Position numbers and translations under genes: made by a program
Part shown: one piece after another, positions 39,291 through 64,000 of the stretch
Layout: each line of letters begins with the position of its first letter
Numbering within the stretch: the stretch's first letter is position 1
Assembly: GCA_012295275.1 (NCBI GenBank)
Contig: CM022678.1
Location: 18,104,001 to 18,168,000, forward strand
Source of the DNA: Chrysomallon squamiferum
Taxonomy: Eukaryota > Animalia > Mollusca
DNA: 64,000 bases
Direction of reading: 5' to 3'
Notes under the pieces: model-generated
Databases searched by the model: none
What the model was told of the DNA's origin: nothing
What the model saw: only the letters and a program-made list of their open reading frames with translations

Positions 39291-39670
39291 AACAGACAGA
39301 TTGATTGAAATTAAGACAGAATAAAGGGACGGGCGGTCAGATATAATTGTGATTATTATCGATTTTTGTTCGCTCAATAAATTGTTGCCTGCACGTTGAA
39401 TAAGCACAAAGAGATTAATCATTTAATTAAATATCAGCGATAGCTCTTTGTCTTTATTTTCCTTAGTTTTAAAAACATCAGTTCATTACGTTGAAGCAAA
39501 ACTGATTTTAACTGTTGTTGCCATGTCAGGTAAAAGTCATCAGGTAAAAAAACAACAACAACAAAAAAAAAAAAAAAAAAAAAAAGAAAGAAAGAAAGGA
39601 AAACGGTGAACAAAAAACAAACAAAACAACAATCCCACATTCCTTTGATACCGGAAATACGTCATTAGGT
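39103..39670 (+). repeat. Dispersed repeat copy A, inverted relative to 52700-53165
   Basis: Collinear reverse-complement blocks: ggactttgtcctcctg; taagacagaataaagggacgggcggtca; cacaaagagattaatcatttaattaaatatcag; actgattttaactgttgttgcca; ttcctttgataccggaaa. Confidence 0.9.
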
Positions 39671-40047
39671 AGACTAGTTCAATGTATTGTTTGTATGACG
39701 TGTGTACAAGTGAATTGCAGTCTTAAGTTTTTATATTGTTGACACCCGAAAGACGCATTTTTGTTTTTAGCAGATAGACAAACAGATTGACAGACAGAGA
39801 AATGGACAGACATACACACACATTCTTCCAAACAAACACAGAACACACACAGACTGTTATTCATGGTTTAAACATATGTTTTAAGTTGCAGTTTCTGTGA
39901 TGACAAATGAAGTTATTTTTAGCTAATCAACTTTGTAAAATAACATTGTGATGATGTAGAAATAATTAATTTTTCAAGTTTAAGTAAAATAAACTTTGAA
40001 CAGTTTGGAAATTACGACAGAGAGCAAAAAAAATTGAAAAACATTTC

Positions 40048-40082
<35 letters not shown>

Positions 40083-40789
40083 AAGTTATAAATAAAAAAA
40101 CAATTAAAAAAATAACAATAAAAAATAAAAATTAAATAAATAAATTAAATAATAATAATAATAATATCGTTATCATCATCATCATCATTATTATTATTAT
40201 TATTATTATTAATATTATTATTATTATTATATATTATATTAGTCGCCAGCATATAACTTTTAAAAATATTTGAACTGAAAACTATACGGAACAGTTAATT
40301 AAAATCGACACTCTATATTCGCGTCCGTATAAGACTATAATTTATATTTTTTTCTGTCTATCGTTTTCTATTTCTACGAACAATGAAGAAAGAAAGATTT
40401 ATAGGGTCAAGAAAGAAAAACAGAGAAAACATGTTAAAAGAAAATAAAAGCTACAAAAAAGAACGAGTGAAAGAAGGAAGGAAGAAAAAAACGAATGAAA
40501 GGATGAATGAAATGAGTGCATAATGAAATTTCCTAAATCACGAAGAGAAAGGAGAGAAGAAAAATAAAAAATAAATAGAGAACAAAGTAAGAAAGAAATA
40601 GAAAAGGAAAAAAAAAAAGAACAAGCTGAAGGAAAGAAAGAAGGAAAAAGAAAAGAAAAAGAAAGAAAGTCAAATGAAGCGAAAACATGTGGAAAAAAAA
40701 TAAATTAAAAAGTGAATCAATACATCAATAAATACACGCAAGGACAGAAATGTCAGGTATTCGTTATATAAACTCAGTCTTTTAAAAAA

Positions 40790-41421
40790 GGAACGGTTGA
40801 CGTATTTGTTCGTCTACTAGCAGTAGACGCGTCTACACGTTCACGCCGCGGAAGTCCCCCCCCACACACACACACACCTTACTGACACCGTTAACAACGT
40901 ATATTTCCTTTTATTTCTCCGCGCTTTTATTGTTACCATGGAAACAAAACAACGCCGCTTCGTGCACGTAACGTATCGTAAAACCTCGTCACAAAGTCAG
41001 TACGCTTTTATTATTTCAAAGAGAGTTCACGCACCATTTATACAGCCAAGTGACGAAGGAAACAAAAAAAAAAGAAAAAAACCCAACAAAAAAAAAAAAA
41101 AAAAAAAAATCAGCACGAAAAATTACAAAAATTACAAAAGACATCCCCTTCTTAGTTAACGCATGCCATCAATTGTTTTGTTTTGTTTGACGCAGGTGTA
41201 AAAAAAAGCTCTGAGCAACCATAATTACAGGTAAACAAATCAATAACCAGGTGAAAATTCTCTTGGTGATTCACGAGTACAATTCGGATAGCTGTTTGTT
41301 TGTGGACAAAAATGTATTCGAGGTGGCGTGGTCACGTTGTCGTTGTATACGGTTCTTGACTTGTCTCCCTCGTTGTAGTAGTATGTAAATCTGGCCCGCT
41401 CTACGATCAGAAGGCTGCAAG
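40790..41421 (+). promoter_or_regulatory. Putative GT7 promoter and non-coding first exon ending at 41421
   Basis: CpG-rich stretch with CGGAAGT (ETS) near 40848 and a perfect X-box at 40932; strong donor CAAG|gtaagg at 41421/41422; the coding exon begins exactly at an acceptor, so an upstream UTR exon is expected. Confidence 0.55.
40932..40945. promoter_or_regulatory. RFX X-box GTTACCATGGAAAC
   Basis: Matches the GTTNCCATGGNAAC palindrome. Confidence 0.5.
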
Positions 41422-41768
41422 GTAAGGTTGTTTTTGTTTCGTTGTTTGTTCCAGTTTCAATTATGATCTAGTATATTTTATTTCTTCGGAGATCAAGAAC
41501 AGTCTGTCAAGGTGTAATTATCTTCAGAATGCATTCGTCGTTTTTTTATTTTATTTTTTTTATGTGGGTTTATTTTTTCCTGCTTTTTGAAATGTTAATA
41601 TTGAGGCCATTGTGAAATAATCTCTCTTTCTCTCTTTCTTTCGTAATTCATTTATTTATGTATTTTTGTATTTTTTTTTTTAATCTGTTTATATTATTAT
41701 TTTTTTTCTCCCTGTTTGTACTCTATTTTTCTTTCTTGTTCTGCTTTCAGTTTTTCTGTTTACATACA

Positions 41769-41831
<63 letters not shown>

Positions 41832-42822
41832 GGGGGTTTCTTCAGCGATTTAATTTATTTTTTGTTCTGCTCCAGTTCAGATGTATTAGTTAATATGAAA
41901 CTTCGACATGACTTGAACATTATATTTATAACACTTGGTTTGTTTTGGTTCTGCACACAGTCACGATTTTGAAAACAGTATGCGGTATATCCTCGCAACC
42001 TTTGACCGCTTCGGAAATTTAGTGACATTTACCTTTACCTGTCATTTTAATTGACGCTTTCGTGTGTCTTGCATTCTGCTTGAGATTTTCGTTTAATTGA
42101 TATTTTAGCTCATATTTTGGCTTAAGTCATATTTTTGGCGAATCTTGCATTTTACTTTATCAGGTATGTTAGTTCATATTTTTAGATATTTTGGCTGAGA
42201 TTTTCGTTTATCGGGTATTTTAGTTGCTAATTTAGTTTCTGTTGTATATGTGTGTGTTTTTTTTTATCAATATATCAACTGATTTGTTTTCGTTTTTCTT
42301 ATATTTTAGTCTTGGTTTTCGAATCTCAGTACAGCAGTTGATATTCTCGTTTACGGTGTATTTCAGCTAATATTTTCGTTCATCTTATTTAAGTTGATAA
42401 TATCGTTTATCTAATATTTAAGTTTGACATTATATTTTAGTTAACATTTTACTTCATCACTCACTATATAAACAGCTATTTTCGTTTATTTCGTATTTTA
42501 GCTCAAGTTTCAGTATATCAGTATATCAACTAGAATTTTCGTTTATTTTATAAACGTAGTTCAAATGTGGATACATCAACATATGAACTTTATTGTCGTT
42601 CGTTTTATATCTGAGCTCCAATTTCAATATATCAAAATATCAGCTTTTTATTTTCGTTTACTTTATAGTTCAAATCTCAGGTATTTTCGTTTTTTTTTTT
42701 TTTTCAGTTCAAATTTCACTATATCATTATTTCAGCAGACATTTTCGTTCGTTTTAAAATTTAGTTCAAATTTCGGTACGTCAATATGTCAAACTGGTAT
42801 CTTCGTTCGTTCTGTATTTCAG

Positions 42823-57772
<14,950 letters not shown>

Positions 57773-58589
57773 AATTATTTATATACAGAACGAAAGATTT
57801 GTGTGGATAACGGAATCAACGAACAGAAGAATGAAATGAACTGATGAATCAACAAGTCAAGACACCAGTGAATGAAGAGATGAATGAAAACAACCGTTGG
57901 ACGAACAGCCAGAAGGATGAATGAACTGATGACTGAGTAGATGAGTAAAGGAATGAATGAATGAAGAGATGGATGATGAATGAAAGAAAGATCGATGTGT
58001 GACTAAATGAAAGAAAAACGAATGATTGAAAGGGAAATTATACGACGACAGGAAATGAATCATTCATCGACTCAAGTAGTAACGTTTGTTTGCAATAATA
58101 ACACGCATGTCTTTAGAAACTGCAAAAGATCTCACGATGTTCAACAGATTACAGCTCAGCAGATTTCTGTAAAACGACTTATGAGCTAATCTTATAATAT
58201 AAAACCATCACACGTGTTACTGCACAGGTAAGTATACCCACACAATCTTTTTTTTTTTTTTTTTCGGTTCTTTTATCGTTCAATGCGGCTGCTTACTTTT
58301 ATAATTCACAACGGAAGGGTTTAATTTGTTATTAACATTATGCATTATCCGTTTCTGTTACTAGTCCCAGCATTCATTCCATGCCGTTCAAAGCACGTGC
58401 ATGTTTTAGTCACCCCAGCATGTGAAATCCATATCGTGCTATTAAGAAGTCTACATTTGCGATATGCAATGTCTTTGTCATGAAATCCGTCTAAGTCTTT
58501 GATTGTATTATTGTCTTTGTTTATTTTATTCTACATATGCGTTGTTTATTAAAATATTTGCATACGTTGCACAGTGTGTCTCTATACGT

Positions 58590-59250
58590 TATGGAATAAA
58601 TTTACATTATACAGCATGTTTGTAAGTTTTGAAATAAGTTTACATTATACAGCATGTTTGTACGTTATAAAATAAATTTACATTACACAATATGTCTGTA
58701 CGTCATAAAATCTGGGTTTACTTTGGATAGTATGTCAGGTTATGAAATCTGGTTTACATTATACACTATCTCTATACTTTACGAAATATGTGTTTATACT
58801 GAACAATATCTTTGTACGTTGTAAAATATATTTACATTATACATTATCTCTGTATATTATGAAATCAGAATTTAAATTACAGAATATTTCTGTACTTAAA
58901 AATATATTTACGTTACACAGTATCTCTGTACATTATAAAATATATTTACATTATACAACATCTAAATTGAGAAATATATTTACATTTTACAATACTCAGG
59001 TTAAGAAATATGTTTACATTATACAACATTTAAATTAAAAGATGTGTTTAGATTATACAACATTTAAATTAAGAAATATTTACATTATACAACATCGAAG
59101 TTAAGAAATGTTTACACAACACAATATCTAAGTTAAGAAATGTTTACAATACACAACATCGAAGTTAAGAAATGTTTACATTATACAATATCCAAGTTAA
59201 GAAATGTTTACATTATACAATATCTAAGTCAAGAAATATATTTACACTGA
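58590..59250. repeat. Degenerate 31-38-bp minisatellite (tttacattatacaacatctaagttaagaaat)
   Basis: tttacattataca anchors recur throughout. Confidence 0.85.
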
Positions 59251-59733
59251 ACAGTACGTATTTGTGTAGGTTTATAAATTTTCAGCTGGATTACGAATAG
59301 ACATTCGTGTGAGCATTGTTGAAGTATTTAGTTGACTATTACAACAACAACTACTACTACATACCACTACTATTATTAGTGTTTAGTATTAGTATTAATG
59401 TTAGTAGTAATGACAGCAGTTGTGGTAGTAGCAGTAATAATAATAATGATCATCATCATGATAAATGAAATTACAGCATTATCAGTAAGAATGGCAACAA
59501 CAGCAGCAGCTGCAGCAGCAACAAATAACAATACGTTGTTAATATTATTAGCGATGAAATAATGTTTTAAAAACAAGGTAACGTATTAAATGTCGCTAAC
59601 CGTATTCTCTCAAATAAAAGTAAATTTTTATTTTGCAGTGCTCAATAATATGTTTCAACATTATCTATTTTTTCCCTTTCATTTCGTTCCAGTTTATTTA
59701 TTTATTTATTTGTTTATTTGTTTGTTTGTTTGT

Positions 59734-59784
<51 letters not shown>

Positions 59785-60539
59785 TTAAATTATTAACTAC
59801 TAACACTAATACTGTTATTATTGCAACTTTTACTTGTTTGTTTGTTTATTTAACTATTTACTGCTGTTAATACTAATGTAATTATTATTACTATTTATTT
59901 ATTTATTTATATTGAAATTACATTGAAACCTACACGGTTACCTTTTTTATCTTTTTATCATTATTTATTTTTTTTTTTTTTTTTGTGCCTTGTGGTCCTG
60001 AAAAATTGAAGTTGTAACAAAAAAAATTTTTTAATAAATTATTAACACACTCTTTGCCAAACTTACACCGCTAGGTCGTTCTGTTTGAATTGTAAGTGAA
60101 AACATACCTGTGTCAGTGCGTTATCCTTAGTGCATTAATATCACAGTGACTGTTTAACGTATTCAAAAAAATACACACAATCATTAACGGGAAAACACCG
60201 CGAATAAAAATACGAAGGGAGACAACCGGCACAACTTTGTTGACACGAGTTACCGTTAATGTTATTCTGTTACGGTCTTGGCAATAAAACTGATTTACAA
60301 CATTGACATGTTCTAACGTATTTTGAAAAGTCAGTAAAAACATTTTGAATGAAACAGATTTGTTCGTTGATTTGTCTCTTTACTTTGAGAATCTTTTTTT
60401 CTATTCTTTTGAGATAGAGAGAACGAGAGACAGAATAAGAAAGAATGAGAGAGATAAACAGAGAGAGAGATAGATAGATAGAGAGAGAGAGAAAGAGAGA
60501 GATAGATAGAGAGAGAGATAGATAGTTAGAGATTGATAG

Positions 60540-60586
<47 letters not shown>

Positions 60587-60729
60587 TAAAGAGAGAGAGA
60601 ATGAAATAGAGAGGAGTGGAGGGAATGAAAGAGACCTGAAATAATCAATCAGTTATCGAACAATTTATATTTGTGTATGTATATATGTATATATGCATGT
60701 ATACATTTATATGTGTATGTATGTATATA

Positions 60730-60762
<33 letters not shown>

Positions 60763-60843
60763 ACATATGCGTGTATGTATGTATACATGTATTTATATAT
60801 GTATGTATGTAAGTATGTATGTATACATATGTGTGTATGTATG

Positions 60844-60877
<34 letters not shown>

Positions 60878-60988
60878 CGTATGTATGTGTGTGAGAGAGA
60901 ACGTGCGTGCAGGTATCTATTTTATAGTTAGAAAATAATTATACTTCACCGTAATATCTGTCACAATCTGAGATTTCTGGATTTAACA

Positions 60989-61002
60989 GTTTCTATGGCA
61001 AC
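60989..61002. promoter_or_regulatory. RFX X-box GTTTCTATGGCAAC about 1 kb upstream of gene 3
   Basis: Near-consensus X-box. Confidence 0.4.
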
Positions 61003-61299
61003 GGGTTCATTAACCTGTAACAGTTCATTTTAATATTACGCTATCATACGTAATTAACGCTCTGACACTGCGGTACTGCAACAGTTTAACAACACCAACG
61101 ATGTCATATATATATATATATATATATACCTAAGTAAATAAATAAATAAATAAAATTAAAATTAAAAAAAACTATGAAAAAGATTGTTCAGAATAAAAGG
61201 TTTAAAACTGTCTAGACATATATGGTTATGTTTTATATCACCATAGAAACAAAAAAATCCCCAACATAACAAAGATAGCTGTTTACCTTTCTGAATTCT

Positions 61300-61382
<83 letters not shown>

Positions 61383-61533
61383 GCGCACGCGTCATGTGAT
61401 AATTAGGATCTAAACGTTACAAAATTCGTAATAAAAAATATCTACACGAGCATTTATCAAAACTGAATTCTTACTCTACAGGATGGTAAATATAAACACC
61501 TATGTAGTCTAAGGCCACATGTACTGTCTCTCT

Positions 61534-61625
<92 letters not shown>

Positions 61626-61719
61626 GACCCACTCCTTTTATCTCAATTTACTTCTTGCCATCGATAATCCATCCATCCATTCATTCGTTCGTTCGTTGCA
61701 CCCACCTCCCTAGTTATCT

Positions 61720-62017
61720 GACGGTTAGGTTCGCCAGTCAGTCCAAAGTGTTAATGCCTCATTCTGGCTGCCACCTCGGCTGTTTTTAATTCTGGTTGAG
61801 ACACGGAGACAAATGGACGCACGCTAATTGGTCGGTGTGATCGACACGGCTCAGCCAATCAGCTGCGAGATGCGACAAGCGATGTGCGCAGTAAAAACGG
61901 TTACAAATCACAGAAACATAACGGTCTGGGGCTGCTCTCTGTACCTAAACAGAGAAAACACGTTCCTTTCGCCAGATGACGTGAAAACAATAACAACAAC
62001 AACAACAACGTATTAGT
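61720..62017 (+). promoter_or_regulatory. Promoter/5'UTR of gene 3 with a convergent ATTGG...CCAAT pair
   Basis: ATTGG at about 61827 and AGCCAATCAG at about 61853 in a CpG-rich stretch upstream of the ATG. Confidence 0.5.
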
Positions 62018-62717
62018 ATGGATAAGCCCGACCACGGAAATTCAGCACACAGCGACAACAGACTCTCCACCAACACCGATTCCGAGAACGCTTCTCCTGC
62101 TTTCGTAGAAATTCGGAAACGAACGGTAAGCTTCGCCGATAGCGTTCATACCATCGCCGAACCCGACCGCAGCGGCTCGGAAGAAGAAAACGACGACGAC
62201 GACGATGACGTAGACATGGACACGTTGTGGCTGCAGCACAAGCTGCGAACGAGAACGAGTCGGTCGTCCATCGTCGCTGAATCGGGGACCATGGGTCTCT
62301 GGAACCGACGCAATTCCATCGTCAACCTGCCGAAGAACAAAAGTCCTCTGACCTTCACCCGCAACAGGCGGGTCAGCCTGACGCCCGGACCGGTTATACC
62401 TAAACGACGGTCGAGCACTCTGGGAAGTTTGTCGAGTCTTGTGACTCGGGTGAACACACACAAGGAGAACTTGTCCAACGATGCCAGACCGAGGCTCGCT
62501 GTGGCCCTCGGCCTGGACTACGAGGAGAGTCAGTTCGCTCAGATAACGGAGAAGACGGTGGAACTCTGCATCCCCGTTTTCAACATCATCACGTCAGAGA
62601 AGAACGTCTGCGTCACTGACATAAAAAGCATCGAGGACGCCCTCTACGCAGCTCACCCGGATGTGACGTTTCTGAAAAACACGGCGGAAACAGCAGCGCC
62701 GGAAACGGAGAAAAAAG
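62018..62717 (+). CDS. First coding exon of an unidentified protein (233 aa so far; disordered Ser/Arg-rich N-terminus, RVxF motif, PKA-type sites); gene continues to the right
   Basis: 700-nt GC-rich, high-complexity ORF; in-frame TAG shortly before the ATG; AAG|gtaaag donor followed by microsatellite intron; no family recognised. Confidence 0.85.
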
Positions 62718-62799
62718 GTAAAGTGTAAATCATTGAATAATAATAATAATAATAATAATAATATAATAATAATAATTAGTGTAATAATACTGTTAAGGA

Positions 62800-63127
62800 A
62801 ATAATAGTAATAATAATAATAGTAACAGCAGTAATTGTTGGTAGTAGCTTTCACAGCAGCAGTAAGTAGTTAGCTGTTGTACAGGAAGTAGCAGTAGTAG
62901 TAATAGTAGTAACAGCAGTAATTGTAGTAGTAGTAAGTAGTAGCAGTAGTAGCAGTAGTAGTAGCAGTAGCAGCAGCAGCAGTAGCAGTAGCAGCAGTAG
63001 CAGTAGTAGCAGTAGTAGTAGCAGTAGCAGCAGCAGCAGTAGCAGTAGTAGCAGTAGTAGTAGTAGCAGCAGCAGTAGCAGCAGCAGCAGTGGTAGTAGT
63101 AGTAGTAGCAGTAGTAGTAGTAGCAGT

Positions 63128-63165
<38 letters not shown>

Positions 63166-63460
63166 TAGTAGTAGCAGCAGCGGTAGCAGCAGTAGCAGCA
63201 GTAGTAGCAGCAGTAGCAGTAGTAGTAGTAGTAGTAGTAGTAGTAGAATCAGTGAGCAGTAGTAGTAGTAGTAGTAGCAGTAGTAGTAGCAGCAGTAGTA
63301 GTAGTAGCAGTAGCAGTAGTAGTAGTAGCAGCAGTAGTAGTAGTAGTAGTAGTAGTAGCAGTAGTAGTAGTAGTAGCAGCAGTAGCAGTAGTAGTAGTAG
63401 TAGCAGCAGCGGTAGCAGTAGTAGTAGTAGTAATAGCAGTAGTAGTAGTAGTAACAGCAG
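62800..63460. repeat. (GTA/GCA)n compound microsatellite in intron 1 of gene 3
   Basis: Direct inspection. Confidence 0.95.
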
Positions 63461-64000
63461 GAGAAGAAGGAGGAATAGAAGTATCAAAGAGAAATAAAAA
63501 TAAAGAGAAGTCTCAGATATGTATATATTTTCATAAGAAAAGAACAGAAAAAAAATATGATAATAAAAATAACTCTTAATACAACAAGAAGTGTTACTAC
63601 TTCCAACACAACTCTGTGTACTATCACTACCATTACTACTACTGCTAGGAATACTACTAATATTACTACTACTATCATTACTAATAGTACTGGTGCTCTA
63701 TTACTTCCACTGCTACTTCTTCTAAAACTATCACCATTACAATGATAACAATAAATCCTACTACTTCTACTACTACTACTACTACTACTACTACTATTAT
63801 TACTACTGTTACTACTGTTACTACTATTATTGCTGTTACTACTGCTACTATAGCTATTATTATTATCATAATCATTACCATTATCATTATCATTATCACC
63901 ATCATCGTCATTCATCTTCTTCATCTTCTTTTCTTCATTTGCTTCTTCTTATTATTATTGCTGTTATTATTATTACTATTATTATTATTATTATTATTAT

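Noticed and set aside
42565-42822. Longer N-terminus of ORF 42565-43278
   Set aside because: T-rich degenerate repeat intron ending in a clean tttcag acceptor right before ATG 42823; the shorter start gives normal type II topology
62125-62131. Donor-like ACG|gtaagc inside the RVxF codons of gene 3
   Set aside because: Coding-like sequence continues for about 590 nt to a better-placed donor at the microsatellite boundary; no evidence of use
62042-62478. Antisense ORFs 62042-62461 and 62146-62478
   Set aside because: Shadow ORFs of the GC-rich sense exon
62870-63924. Poly-Leu/Ala/Thr/Ser/Val ORFs
   Set aside because: (GTA/GCA)n and related microsatellites in an intron

Overview
AT-rich (roughly 30% GC by eye), microsatellite-dense metazoan genomic DNA, probably an invertebrate. 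Degenerate MetaSINE/MESC-like fragments suggest a mollusc, but that is an inference. Almost all ORFs in the six-frame track are simple-repeat artefacts. Three spliced protein-coding genes can be rebuilt by hand with GT-AG junctions and consistent codon phases. (1) Minus strand: an oxysterol-binding protein-related protein 1 gene (ORP1L/OSBPL1A-like; ankyrin repeats, PH domain, coiled coil, FFAT, start of ORD), 16 coding exons from 32976 to 9605, continuing off the left edge. Its 14-kb intron hides an in-phase alternative first exon (18955-18897) in a CpG-retaining island, predicting a short ORD-only (ORP1S-like) isoform. (2) Plus strand, head-to-head with gene 1: a complete GT7 beta-1,4-galactosyl/GalNAc-transferase gene (42823-56788, or to 57772 with an extra terminal exon). 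It carries the vertebrate-type Tyr at the donor-specificity position and Ala at the Met344 metal ligand. (3) Plus strand: first coding exon (62018-62717) of an unidentified protein with a PP1-docking RVxF motif and several PKA-type sites. Also present are many degenerate minisatellites, two inverted repeats, RFX X-box and CCAAT clusters, and a sharp CpG depletion/retention contrast consistent with gene-body methylation. No prokaryotic-type system, CRISPR array or intact transposon was found.
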